A stretch of DNA of 64,000 nucleotides from contig CP089279.1 of the NCBI GenBank assembly GCA_023920165.1, positions 1,736,001 to 1,800,000 of the forward strand, read 5' to 3'. A model generated the notes under the pieces. The model had not been told where the DNA came from. It saw only the letters and a list, made by a program, of their open reading frames with translations, and did no database searches. This stretch comes from Curvularia clavata. Taxonomy: Eukaryota. Made by a program: the position numbers and the translations under genes. Shown one piece after another: positions 36,997 to 50,036 of this stretch; positions within the stretch are counted from its first letter, which is position 1; every line of letters begins with the position of its first letter.

Positions 36997-38637
36997 ATGA
37001 GCAAAGAGATAGCAAAGAAGCGTATAGCTATTGTCGGCAGCGGCATATCTGGTCTAAGCGCCCTGTTCGCACTTCGCGATACGCAACACGAAGTACATCT
37101 CTTCGAAAAGGAAGAGCGACTTGGTGGCCATACAAACACAGCGATATGGAAGCACAATGGCAAGAGCACTCCTGTCGACACCGGCTTCATTGTCTTAAAC
37201 ACGGCGACGTACCGTTCGTCCTTGCCCCGCACCTGCTACTGTCGATTCAGAATTTAACAGAGAGTAGCAAATTTTATCAGATTTCTCTCCGCGCTTCGAG
37301 TGAAGACTGTGGATTCGGAAATGACATTTGGCGTTTCCCGTGATGCTGGCGCTTTCGAATGGTCTGGTACATCTGGCAGTTCGCTTTTCGCCCAGCCATC
37401 CAATGCACTAAAACCGTCTTTTTGGCGAATGATTTTTGACATCATTCGCTTTAACCAGTTCGCTCTCGACTTGTTATCGATTCCTCCAGGCTCACCAGCT
37501 GCTATTGCCGCTACAGAGATGAGCATTGGAGAATATCTGGAACAAGAGGGCTATTCGGATGCGTTTAGAGACGACTACTTGATCCCAATGACCGCGTGTG
37601 TTTGGAGCACTGGCGCCGACAAGTGTGCTCTAGAATTTCCAGCCTTGACGCTTATACGATTCATGTGGAACCATCACCTACTAAGCACAATTGCCGAAAG
37701 ACCGCCTTGGTTAACGATCGAAGGTGGGTCCAGCAAGTACATTGATGCAGTGTTAGAGCTAGCAGGTAACTGCGAGGGCCATCTTGGAACACCCGTCTTA
37801 GCTGCGAGGAGAAAGGAGAACAACAAGGTCGAACTAACGTTGGGGGGAAGAGGTGAGGGCCAGACGGAAATTTTCGACGAGGTTGTACTGGCTTGCCATG
37901 GAGATCAAGCAAGATGGATATTGGGCGACGATGCAACCGACAAAGAGAAGGAAATTCTTGACGCATTTGAAACAACACCCAATGTTGCCTACCTGCACAA
38001 TGATGTCTCGGTAAGTCTACAAGCCATTCGCATGTATTGGATAACTACTAACAGTCCCTAGCTCATGCCCAAACGACGTGTTGCCTGGTCCGCATGGAAC
38101 TATCTTACCACGTCCAAGGCCAATCCGCCGAAGAACGCTAACATAGCGACTTCTTCTGGGAAGCTCGAGACTGTCTGTTTGACTTATGACATGAACACTC
38201 TCCAACACATCCCACGAGAGACCTTTTCTTCGGTACTCGTAACTCTCAACCCACCTTCACCACCTTCTCCTGCTCTGACACAAGCAACGTTTCAATACCG
38301 TCACCCGCTGTACAACGCCCGCATGGTGTTTGCCCAAGATCGCCTTGATGAGATACAAGGTAAGCGAGGCATCTGGTACGCGGGCGCGTGGACATGTTAC
38401 GGTTTCCATGAAGATGGATGTCGAAGTGGATTGCAGGTTGGCGAAAAGCTTGGTGGAAAAGTGGGATGGGAGGTAGTAGATGCAAAGTTCATGCGCGGCA
38501 GGAAGCCTGTCCTGGACTTGAAGGACTATGTGGTGAGAGTGATTATCCTGCTGGTGCAGATGGCTATTAGTGTTTTAGATTTCTTGCTGGAGACGAAGAC
38601 AACGGCGAAGGCCACAGGGAAGACGAAAGAGTTGTAG
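36997..38637 (+). CDS. FAD/NAD(P)-binding amine-oxidase-family protein (COG2907-like)
   Basis: Exons 36997-37213, 37268-38010 and 38062-38637. Motifs RIAIVGSGISGL, FEKEERLGGHTNT, PVDTGFIVLN..TYPNF, AWSAWNYL and YAGAWTCYGFHEDG; hydrophobic C-terminal segment. Confidence 0.88.
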
Positions 38638-41600
38638 TTGCCTCCACCACTTACTGGACTATCTAAGTTTAAGCAAGAGCAGAATTATCTACTGGGTCAC
38701 TGCGCATATCGCTTCAATAGTATGCTCTACCTGAAGCTTAGTCATCGTCGCTTTCTGGTACTTCATTTGCGACCTAGTGTAGATTTTGACAGTCCTCTGG
38801 CGCTTATATTTGTTTTAATACTAGTCACAGTCCCAGCAGCCTACTATAGCACGAAGAACGTGAAATTGGTTCCTAAATTTATCAGTGTTTGGACAATCAT
38901 CGTCAGGATCGCTGGGATCTTGGGGGCTAGTATACTTTGGACCTTTTTTGTATCTGAATTAAGCCGAGCGAGAAAAAAAGACTTTTATTATTTGAAAGAG
39001 CTCTGGGGAATAGCTGCTCGTTCATCGTGATAGGTAACCCATTTTGTACCGCTTCTAAATTTGCGGAGACCAACATCGTTCAAATCATTTCAAAGAAAAA
39101 CCTCTCCACTCGTGCCCATTAAACCAGTTCTGTGTAGGATTCAATCACACTCGCGGTGCTCCACTGATTGACCACTTTATGCCGAATTCCTCCTAACATG
39201 CCCCGGCCGCCAAATCACCAACTCTTGGTTTTCCACGGGGTTTGGTAGTGTGCGCCTTGAGACAGAGGATGTCCTTGCGCGCGTTTTCCCGTCGATTTGG
39301 CGTTTGATTTCGTAGTCCCATCTGAGATACTGCTGGAAAGCAGTAATGACATGCGGAGACATAGTTTTCGTGCCAGAGCGTAGACTGCAATATGAAAAGG
39401 ATTAAAAATGTCAAAGAGAGGGGTTGTAGTGTTTGGAATGTGGACGCTGAGGAAAGTGATGGGAGTTTACGACAACAAGCAGCATGGGAGCAATTTAGTT
39501 CAAATACGACAACAAACTCAAGGGTCAGGGGAAGAACAAATGCGACGAGTGTGGCCAAAACATGGTTCCAAGCTTGACCCTGCTGTTCAGAGGTAGTAAG
39601 CGCTGCTGGACGATAAGAGTCATCTCAACAAGGTGGCCGTGGTCGTGAGGGACGTGCTGTATGGGTCCAATGCGAAACATAGCGTTCGCATGGGTTGCTG
39701 TCACGCCTTGGGTCTTTGGGCACTTTGATTGGCGTCGCATTGCGTTGAAGTTCAAGATGCTGCAAAATCTGATGTACATGGGAACAATAGTGATAAGATG
39801 AGGCTGAGCGGTGAGCGGGATGATTGGCCTAACACGTGTACACAGACTAGCCTTACCACTTTGGGTTATAACATCAAGTTTCACCGCGAGTGTGGGCGAC
39901 CCCTTTATCACCAATGAATCTTGGATGAATATTGAAGAGCTGTCATACACTTCAATCTCTCTTGACGTTATCAGCAGTCGCTTCTGCGGCCGTCTGTAGT
40001 ACCTCTTCTTTTCTAAGAATTGCTCAACTTCGTGAGCTCAGGGCGAGAAGGTACTACGGCAGTCTGTGCAGCCTTTCTGACCTCTTTACTTACCATGGGA
40101 ATCCCTATCGCACTTTTATTGTTTAGGTGTTCCTTGGAGAATCAAAGCCAGGTGACTCCAGGTTGTATCGGGTGCATTGCTGAACAGCCTATGTGTGGCG
40201 CGGTCTGTTTGGTCGTCGGCTTGTTCCTACGGATGAGCTGTGGAAGCCTTTGTCGCTTCATAGCTGGCATTGATGGCGTTTCAGAAGTACCGATAGACGC
40301 GCTATACATCTGGTCCTATAATGTGCTTCTCTTTTCTCAGTTTTGGTACCTGCACGGATGGTGTCTAGCAGCGTGGCGTCCTTTGGATACACTGAGGCCT
40401 CCCTCCAGTCCCCTGTAAGTTGTACACTGTATGGTTCTTACTGATGGCACGTGATCACAGTAGCCATGGCGACAGCCTTTTCAACTGGGAAATCTAGCCC
40501 AAGAGATTTCTTGTACATGTGTCGACATTTGCATTAGTTTTCCCTTTGCTTGTGTTGCTTTTTGTCTTCGTGATCGTGTGACCGCGATATGGCGGAACTG
40601 CGTCATAGACTGAAATGCCTGAAACAGCTTTCCACACCACCTTCTGAGGGATGGACTACTTGGGAAAAGAAAAAGAAAAAGGAAAGCGGGTAGATCCGAC
40701 GAAGATCGTCATCTGGCAACAAGGCTGATCGTCATTTAACGCAGGCATGTTTCTTTTTTCCACTGCCACTACGCCACCTACAAATTAGTACCTTGGAAAG
40801 TGCACTTTCTTTTTGTAAGGTGCCCCACAAATTAGCTACACGTATGTACATGCAGACAACCGGAATGAGATTCCGACTATTTCTCACATAGTAGCCTAAT
40901 ATGGAGACCGATAGGTGCATAGAAATAGGAAACGTGCCAAGGTGATGATGCCAGAGGTAGCACTTCGTGATCGGATGTGCAAGCAGAAAGAGCGAAGATC
41001 AAACGATTATGGTGAAATACGTTTTGGGGGCTGAGCCACGACGTGGTTGGAGAAGTTCGGGCAGAACACACATGTTCCTTGAGTTGTATCTGATAGTAAC
41101 TAACTTAATGGACAGTGTCGTAGGACACAAAGACCAGTAAAGCCAGAAACAAAACCATCATCCAATTTTGAAAGTCACCTTGCAGAGTGGACTCCACCAT
41201 TTTGCTGCACGAAGTTGTTGATATGTGTCCGATCTTGGATTTTCAGCTTTATGGCTGCTCTGAAGTGGCGGACACAGCAGATATTGACTTTGGTAGCGAA
41301 AACTGCGTTCGCTCTGCGTAGCATGGGTCGTCTGGTCCATGGATTGGCCCCTCGTCTCGGCGAACAGAGAGTGAGATGCAGGATCTTGCCCATGTAGGTA
41401 AAAGCTTCTCTTGGTATTGAACATGTGGCGGAGCAGCCTCCGGGAGGAAACCATGAGCCGGAGGCTTAGGTGGCGACACAACCGTTCTACTTCGACGAGA
41501 GTCGTTGGGGCCACGACTGGTCCCAGACATCAACAGTGTGGATGTGGAATTCGTTCTAGAGAGCTCGCATCGCGCCTGCCCGGTATTAATTGAGAAGTTG

Positions 41601-44600
41601 ACATAGGCTGTTATGAGGCCTCGCGAATCCAAATCAACTCGGCTGAAGGAACGAGTGCGATAGCCTCACTTGTTATAAGCAGCCAATACGCGCTGGTATT
41701 CGCATTGTGTTGCATCTTGGGCATGGTCTAGGCTGGTGAAGACTCCAATGAGATCAACCACGGGAGGGTCGTTGGGGATTACAGATGTGCTTCCAGTAAT
41801 GGAAGACCCGGAAGCCTACTACTGGAATATGACAGGACAAGCGACTGCTGGCGGAGTCCGTATAGGCGATTGATACCTGGCGGGTATGCTTCAGGGCTAC
41901 CGAAAGTTGAGGTATGTATACAGCGTAGAGGAAATAATACCTTCTGATCAAACCGTACCTTGTTTGCATACATGTTTGCCGTTTGTAATATGACAAAACA
42001 ATGCAGACACAGACAGTATCATACTGACTGAATAGCCCCCCAGCAATGTGATTGTCTTAGTTGGGCAAACACAAACATTTGGCGAAAGAGACTTTGGTTT
42101 GCAAATGTTTGAATCATCACAATTCCAGTCTACTCGTAGGTAGTGGCTGACATTTTTACTGTGCTGTGGCACCCGCTTCGTGTCTTCACTAGCCACGCAT
42201 AGGAATGCTATGCCGTAGAACCAACTTGGGTTAGAATTAGGAAAGCACCAAGTACGCACTGCGCGCCGACGATGAAGTTTCTGTCGGCCGAGAACAAAAA
42301 AGGGGCTGGAAATGGTGCTGTCTGTGAGGCGTGGGCTAAAATAGGTTTGCCGACTCAGCCCAGTGAGTAGCCATTGTTAGCGCCTTCTTCTGATACTCGA
42401 CACAAGTCGTGCACAATGCCATGTCTACCGTTGAAAAGGAAGCCACGTAGTGGTTACCGTTGGCCGCAGAGGGATCATCTCGCATGTTCATCCCGCAAAC
42501 GGACCAGTGGTTGCCTCCTGCCGAACATAGGATTTGTTGGCACGGCTGGGAGATGAGGACATGGGATTTTGATACCATGTGGGCTGTGTATGCGCCCATG
42601 TGATTCGTGCGCAAGTCCGGGTGGCACCTATCACGGGTAAAGAGCTTGATGTCGAGGACGCCACTGTGTAGTTATGACGGCGTTGCGATAGTCAAATTTC
42701 CCTAGAAGGTTTTGTTGTCATCGCGTACAAATGGCGTGCGCTTAGCAGTGATTGGCTAGCGAGGACGAAAACAGTGCAGCGATAGGCATGCAAAAAATGG
42801 GCAGGGAAGACGCGATCGGCGATCGGGATCGCCAAGGCGATGGCAAGTGGACTGTGGGGTAGCCATGCACAGAGTAGCAGTAGGGACGGTGGCTTCAGTT
42901 CCTGGTGGTACCAGATCCGCATCGTGGTGGCCCAGGGTCTTGGAGGCGGCGGCGGCCGAACATTACCCATAAAAAAGTTTTTTTTTGGTGGATGCGAGTG
43001 AGTGAAAAGGGGAGGGAGGAGAAAACGATGGGAAATCATATCCATAGGTAGAGTGGATCATGCAGTGACGAGTCCAGTCGGCGAAGCGGGAGGGATTTTC
43101 GATGCAAGGACTTGCACTAGTGGGAAAGGCGTCCGTCAGTGTGCGGATGTACATAGGCAGGTGTGGGCACAATGAGCTTTTGTCATGGCGGATGGTGCGT
43201 TGCACATAGGTACAGGGCGTCTCGTACAGTGACATGCGGGCCACGTGGAGGAAGGGGTGGGCTTAAGCCTGAGACCGCGACAAAGGTTCTGACGGGCGCC
43301 AGGAACAGCGATCCAAGGTGCAATTTCCAGAGTTTCGGCGACGCCTAGTGAGCGTTTAGTTCTGACAGCAAAGGCGAGGGATAGCAGCTCAGGCTCAGGT
43401 ACCGGCACAGCCATGAATGTTGGGCTGGTACGCTTGGTGTTAGCTGGCCCGAGTAACGGACCAATCGGCCAGGGCAAAGACGGGACGCTTCGGTTCTCCT
43501 CACCTGGTGCAAAGCAATCTTCGCCAAATCATGCCCAATATGGCCTGGCGCTCGTCGCAAAGCTTGCTAGACGTTTACCTACGTGTGGTGTGTATGTGCA
43601 CTTTGGCGGGACAAGCAACGCAACGGGGCCAGAGACGTGATAGCGGGTGCAAAAGCCAGGCTGCCGGTGCCAAGGCGACGGTACTCGTGTTTTTGTCCTC
43701 AGCCCGGGGCTCGTTCCAAGACGTCATGAGCCGGGTCGGTATGGACAGATGGATACGCAGTGTTTCTGCTCGTGCCATGCGTTCGTGGGCGGTGGTGGTG
43801 GTTGAGCGGAGAATATGCAGGCTGGCAGTCGAGAAGCGGGCTGGGGCGCGGCCTGATTGGCTGGGGGGCGTCATCCCGGCCGCCCATCACTTTCATGGGT
43901 CGAAGCTGTGGCTGTCTGAAACAACGTCACGTCTACAACCCATATCTCCACTGTCCATGTCTGTCCCGCTCGCGTCTGGGAGCGTTGGCAAGGCGCGTTG
44001 CCTGTGCCATGCCGTCCAGGCCCAGCTGCACTCTGTCGCATCCTCATTTCCCAACGGCCTCCCATGCAAACGGATCTGGGGTGACAGTGGGCGCCAGCCG
44101 GGCCGCCGTCCATGTGTGTAGTACGAGTAGATACGAGCAGCGTAATCTAACTCTTGAGCGAGAAGGGCCGTGGATCGCTGCCGGATCCAGGCGATCGGCA
44201 CACGCCTGGCACAGATACAGATGCTTGTCGTCGGCTGGCTTCTAGCGCCAGCATCGCCAGCATTGCGTCCATGCGCTTCTAGCCTCCGGCCTTGGTGTCG
44301 ACGATAATGTCCCACGCTACCACTCGAGGGCTCCGCTCGGGGAGACATGCTCGCCAGCTGAGGTGTCAGCCAGTCACGGATAAATGTCCTTTGTATATCT
44401 ATGCGTGGGGCGACTACCGGCGCTACACTGTACTTGCACTACATACTTTGCCTACTCAGATGCGCCCCTCGCTCTCGCATCGCTCTACCTCCCAATTATA
44501 TATATGTACCTTGCAACCCACTCAAAATCACTCCTGCCCTGGGCTTGCGCAAACGGCGTCCCGCTTCATAGCTCGTTCGCTTTTTTCTTCTCCTAAACCT

Positions 44601-44741
44601 TTATACAACGGTCCTCTCATTCCCACCCTCCCACTGCCTCCACTGCTCACACCTGCCCGGTAATCTCGTTGGATTGATCCAGCCCAATCCCATCCTCCCA
44701 CCTTCGCTTTCGGACTAGCTATCCACTCGCATCTGCCCACC

Positions 44742-46210
44742 ATGGTCTACTCGCTTTCCTACCGCCGCCCAGGCCGGGCTACGCTTCCCGATGATGCCTC
44801 CGCCGTCTCTACTGACACCAAGCGTGAGACGATCCGTGGCTCCCTCAAGTCTGGTAGCAGTGGCATGTCAAACGGCATTCCCGAAGCCCTGTCCTTTGAC
44901 AACATCATCGCCGGCGGTACTTGCCCTGTATGTTATACCCCGTCTCGCCTCTTGCAGTGGGTGCTCGAGCTCAGTCCGCTAACTGCAACCAGCCCTGCAC
45001 GGTTCGTGACTTCATGAACTTCCTCAAGTACATTGAGCTCTCTGCCGAGAACCTGCAATTCTTCCTCTGGTACCGCGACTATGTCAGGCGCTTCAACGCC
45101 CTCCCAGAGAGCGAAAAGGTCCTGTCACCTGAGTGGACCGGCGAGCCAAGCCATGGTAACGACATCAAGCCCAACCCACGAGTCCTTGGTTCCGAAGCCG
45201 CAGATATCCTCAAGGGCACCGACTTTGCCACAGAGGGCCGCCTTGGTGAAGCCGAAAAGGGTGCTAATGACCCTTTCAACACTCCACCTCGCACCCCCAA
45301 CAGCTTCGACCATAGGGGCCCCGAGTCTTTTGTGACCGACGATTACAGCAGAATCACTTCCAAGATCAATCATGCGCAGCGCGCTGCTGGTGCCTTTGAG
45401 CATGCAGGCCTCAAATGGAAACCACGTGAGTAGAGCTTTCCTTGGCTCCAAAGATAACATTACTCATTCTCTCCAGTTTCCGTCCAGCCTTACCGAGAAG
45501 AGATCAACCGAATCATCTCCATCTACATTGCCGACAACGGACCCAGGCAACTAAACCTTTCGTCCAAAGAGCACACTGCCTTGATGCATGCGCTCCAGAA
45601 CACGACACATCCGTCCGCTTTCAACGACGTCATCACATCGGTCGAGTGGTCGCTTCGTTGCCAGGCCCACCCCAACTTCATCCGATGGACCATCTGCAAT
45701 GGCAACCGTCCCCGTGTCATCTTTGCACGCGGTCTTGGCATTGGCGGAATCGTCGGTGGTCTCATTGCCGCCATTATTCTCACCCTCAGCGGCGCTGGTC
45801 GTGCTTGGCGCGTCATGTCGCTCATTGGCTTCTTCATTGGCATCTCTACCCTGATTGCTGCCTGGAAGGGCATGTGTGTTGTGCTCCACGGTATGCATCA
45901 TCGCCATCTTCGCCCGTGGGAGCTCTTTGCATCCGACGACGAACTACAGGCCGACGACATCAAGTCCGACTCATCCCAGAGCCTTGAATCCCATGCATCA
46001 AGCAATTCCTACGAGGATGAGCCATGGGTTGCACGGTATGAGAAGCGCAATCTTGTCCGCAAGGTCTTTGATCGAGAGGTCTGGATTCAGGAACCTGCCC
46101 TTCGCCAGATCCAGGACACGATATTCATCCAAGCCATTCTCGGCGCCCTCATCATCTCTGGTGTAGCTGTTGGCATCTTTTGCGCCGTTCCCAAGGGCAA
46201 CTTCTTTTGA
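44742..46210 (+). CDS. RGS-domain protein with three C-terminal transmembrane helices (Rax1-like architecture)
   Basis: Exons 44742-44927, 44993-45425 and 45477-46210. RGS motifs DFMNFLKYIELSAENLQFFLWY and IISIYIADNGPRQLNLS; three hydrophobic segments ending ...GIFCAVPKGNFF. Confidence 0.82.
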
Positions 46211-47005
46211 GCCCGCACTGCCTTTCTAGGATATGGCGCCTTGCCCATTTCCGCTTCAAATCTTCCTTCTCTCCATTTTGATTCCTCTTGATACCCAATT
46301 ACCGTGTCTTGGCGATACGGAACGGATGCTTTGCTGCTACGGTCTGGATGGTATGTGCATATCCTGTATTGGAACTTTGTTTTCTCTGCAAATGAAGTAC
46401 AGAGCTTGTCTCGCCTTGCGGACGGACGTGACTCTTGTATGAAAGACGAAGAAATGCAGGAGGATAGTAGCTAGTATTGAAAACTCCATAGATGGCATAG
46501 CAAAACACCTGAAAAAACGAATATTGACGAATATTCAAGCTCCCCTGGTTAGTGCACAAAACATAGCGTCACCGGTCTCCCCTGAACAGGCTCACCGGAC
46601 ATGTAATTGTGGTTCTGCTTACTCCAGAACCATGGTGAACGGGTGAGGTAGCGGTGGACGTGGGCGGCATGCACCGCCGCTGTGGGAAGCGAGCAAATAA
46701 GCGTCTACCGACGGCGGGGTTCACTGTGGCTGCGTGTACAAAGAAGCAGCCACGACCCACAATTCCCATTGGGCCCGCTGCGTCACCCACCAAGAGCTGA
46801 CCATCGTTCCGTCATGTGCGCTGCAGCTGTGTTGTGTGCTGCTGTACTGTACTGTGCTACTCCTCCGTCTCCTCCACCACCATCACCAGCAGCATTCTCT
46901 CACTCTTAAGCCCGCCCTGGTCTATTCTTCTGCGTCCAGATTTCATACATGCGCTAGCCGCCAGCCTCACCTTGCTCGTCTGATCTCTGGCCTCGCTCAC
47001 GATTC

Positions 47006-49834
47006 ATGTCTTACGGATACGACAGTCGCTATTACCACCCGCGCCATGATTCTTACTATACATCGCCGCGCGATGCAGACGCATATGCCTACTCGCGCCA
47101 CGAAAGAACCCTCGCCGAAGCTCAGAAGGAGCTGACGGACATGCGTGCCAGCAATCCCTATGCCTCGTCATACTCCTCGTCTTACTCCTCCTACGAGCCC
47201 CGCACCTCTCCCCCTAGACGACCTACCTCGCAGTCACATCGATCGCATAGACAAAAGGAAACATGGCCGCCTCCACCCAGTGTCGAGGACGAGCCAGAAG
47301 CGCTAGCCAAAGAAGCGCCGTCAACTTCTCCTCCTCCAGAACAACCATGTGATGACAATGAGCCGCCCACAAATACTCGAGGAACTGTCGACCAGGAGTA
47401 CATATTGGACGAGATTGAACAGATCAACCATGTCTCCGAGTCTACCCCGGACCACGACGCTACCACGAGCACTAGTCACCATCAAGAACGCCGGAGGAGG
47501 AGCTTTGCAGAGCGCGGGCACATGCCACATATCAACACCAATGTTCCAGACCCTCCTTTGTTCACGGAAAGAGAGCGGACGCCGTATGGCTACTCGCAAG
47601 CACAAAAAGAATCCATCGCCCCTGGGCCAGCCGACTTTCTTCGCTCCCCAGAGCCCATGACTCCATCCAACAGCCGCTTCACAACATCCGATTCAAAACG
47701 CGATGCTCGAGACGTACACAAGGACTCCCGTCGCAGGTCATCAGGTTCTCGGCCGAGCAGCAGCCATCGTAACTCCAACTCCCATATAAGCTCCCAGGCG
47801 ACGGGAAAAGATGCTGTCTTTGAGTCTGACTCGGAGACTGACAACACGACTCACCTCCGAATCGACCGGAAGCCGGCACGTTACAGTTTTGTGAAGAGCG
47901 ACCTGCAAAAGGAAGACCTGAGAACAAACCTAAGGGACACACATGGCCGGCCAGAGTCGACAAGACGTGACTCTGAGCATCGTTCAAGACCAACACTGCG
48001 TCATGAAAATTCGTCTGGCTCATCCAAGGAAACCTCGTACGCACATTCTCCACGCTCTTCCTCTTCCTCATTGAATCACAGTGCACGAAGGACAAGACCA
48101 ATTCCTGTTGATACGACCTATACTAGCAGCTCACGGCCGCTATCCAGACCAACCTCACCGTTGCCGCAAACAACACCATCCCAGCTTCCAACCCGCTTCA
48201 AAGAGTCGCCCCCTGGAACGCGCCCTTCCTCTCGAAGCGGTGGCCGACCCACCTCGCCGCTGCCTCACTCAAACACATTTGAACCTCCCTCGCCCGGGCG
48301 AGGCCGCTTTCCCATTTCTGAGGCCGATCGCCACACTACCTTTCCTCCTGCGCGTGGTCGCGATACATCAAAACCGCGTTCCGGGTACGGTAGATACGAA
48401 ACTATGCCAGTTCCAAGACCACGCATTGATGTACAAAGCCCCTCCCCAGCTGGCAGACCATCTTCTTCGCATTCTACTTTGCCATATCCCATGGACGATG
48501 AGCTTATCGATGTCTCTATGCCGCCAGAGCAAAGTTATCAATTCAACCACTCGCCCATTGCTTCCCCAAGACAAGATTACATAGAGCCGCCCAGGCCCTC
48601 CTCGCCATCTGCCACAGGTTCCCTATACAGCAGTAACAGACATGCCCAACCAAGCAGGCAGGATACGCTTGAAGAGCCCGGGGTTTCCAGGAGAGCAAGA
48701 TCTAATAGTGTCCGCTCACAAAACGGTCGTAGAGAAAAGTCCTTGCGGCGAGCCGTTTCACTCGACCTCAAATCATTACCAGACTGCCCCAGAAGCAAGG
48801 CGTCGCGAGAGCACAATGATTGGTATAGTCTTCGCGGCTTCAAGAACTTCACCATCTGTCCGCATTGCTACAAAAACGTATTTGCTGACACTCGCTTTGA
48901 CGTGGAATTCAAGCAGCTCTGGCTGGACGACTGGTCAGCTAAGCGGGCATGTGATTTCAGTAACCCATGGTCGCGCCTCGCGTGGTACCTTACTATCAAG
49001 CAGCGCCGGAATTCACTCGACTTGCTCTTTGCCGTCGCAGACATTGCAGAAACCTACAAGCCCTGCCCCGACGATCGTGAAAAGGACACCAACGAGGCCA
49101 GCTGGTACGGTATCGTCAATCAACGCGACGGCATGTTCGTGCCCAACTTTGCCATATGCTCGAGTGACAGGAGGTTGGCCGAAGCCCTGTTCCCTAGCAT
49201 GCGTGGCTACTTCCCTCGCATCACGGTCGGCTATTCCAACATACCAAGTAAATACGTTTGCAGCTTCCGTACAAGTTCACGGCGTCACATGAAGTACTTG
49301 GAGCTGCTGATGGAGCTTGACGAGGAAGCCCAGTTCTCTGGCCGTCGACCCGACATTGACCGTTTTGTTGACCTGGCTCGTGACTACGCCTTCAAGGGTG
49401 AATGTGCAAGGGACAAAACATCCGTTCGCAAACCATGGCACTTTATTCCTCAGCTTCCTGAATTCACGGTATGTGAGGAATGCTACGACCGATTCATATG
49501 GCCTGGGGTGCAATCCAAGTCCTTGCCTACTACCATACCACGATTGTTCAACAAAACCGTCCAGCTCGTTCCAGGCGAAGACCCGGAAATCGGGTCGAGC
49601 TGCTGTCTATGGAGTCCACGGATGCGCAAAGTATGGATGCGCAGCGTCGAAGATGAAGATTTTGCCTATCTGAAGCGAAAAGCATTGGAGAGGAAGAAGG
49701 CACAATTTGCTAATACAAGAGACAGGAACGATATATTAAGAGGGCTGGGCAACGCCGAGCCGGGTGATAGCAAGTACGAATGGGCGAAGCGCGAGTTGGA
49801 CGTCTTGGATAGAGAGTGGGCTGCTTACGAGTGA
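47006..49834 (+). CDS. Hypothetical protein: Ser/Pro/Arg-rich disordered N-terminus and Cys/Trp-patterned C-terminal domain
   Basis: Uninterrupted 942-aa ORF. The C-terminal third is globular-looking (CPRS...DWYSL...FTICPHCY; FTVCEECY). Confidence 0.85.
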   Translation: MSYGYDSRYYHPRHDSYYTSPRDADAYAYSRHERTLAEAQKELTDMRASNPYASSYSSSYSSYEPRTSPPRRPTSQSHRSHRQKETWPPPPSVEDEPEALAKEAPSTSPPPEQPCDDNEPPTNTRGTVDQEYILDEIEQINHVSESTPDHDATTSTSHHQERRRRSFAERGHMPHINTNVPDPPLFTERERTPYGYSQAQKESIAPGPADFLRSPEPMTPSNSRFTTSDSKRDARDVHKDSRRRSSGSRPSSSHRNSNSHISSQATGKDAVFESDSETDNTTHLRIDRKPARYSFVKSDLQKEDLRTNLRDTHGRPESTRRDSEHRSRPTLRHENSSGSSKETSYAHSPRSSSSSLNHSARRTRPIPVDTTYTSSSRPLSRPTSPLPQTTPSQLPTRFKESPPGTRPSSRSGGRPTSPLPHSNTFEPPSPGRGRFPISEADRHTTFPPARGRDTSKPRSGYGRYETMPVPRPRIDVQSPSPAGRPSSSHSTLPYPMDDELIDVSMPPEQSYQFNHSPIASPRQDYIEPPRPSSPSATGSLYSSNRHAQPSRQDTLEEPGVSRRARSNSVRSQNGRREKSLRRAVSLDLKSLPDCPRSKASREHNDWYSLRGFKNFTICPHCYKNVFADTRFDVEFKQLWLDDWSAKRACDFSNPWSRLAWYLTIKQRRNSLDLLFAVADIAETYKPCPDDREKDTNEASWYGIVNQRDGMFVPNFAICSSDRRLAEALFPSMRGYFPRITVGYSNIPSKYVCSFRTSSRRHMKYLELLMELDEEAQFSGRRPDIDRFVDLARDYAFKGECARDKTSVRKPWHFIPQLPEFTVCEECYDRFIWPGVQSKSLPTTIPRLFNKTVQLVPGEDPEIGSSCCLWSPRMRKVWMRSVEDEDFAYLKRKALERKKAQFANTRDRNDILRGLGNAEPGDSKYEWAKRELDVLDREWAAYE

Positions 49835-50036
49835 GCGGTCGGCTTTGCGCCTTTATATTGCAAAGTAATTAGAGTGGGGTCTACATCTGTCCAAAGCTTG
49901 CCTTGATGTCCTGATTGGAGTGATGGAGGTGGAGATGCGGTTAACTTTGAGCACATCCCAATCCATCAAACATCTCATCATGCCCCACTGATACCCATAC
50001 ATTAATGGAGTCTGTTGAGAGGGTAGTACCGCGCCT

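Noticed and set aside
43507..44348. 204-aa and 161-aa ORFs upstream of the RGS gene
   Set aside because: Non-ATG starts, Arg/Cys/Trp-rich random-like composition and no domain.
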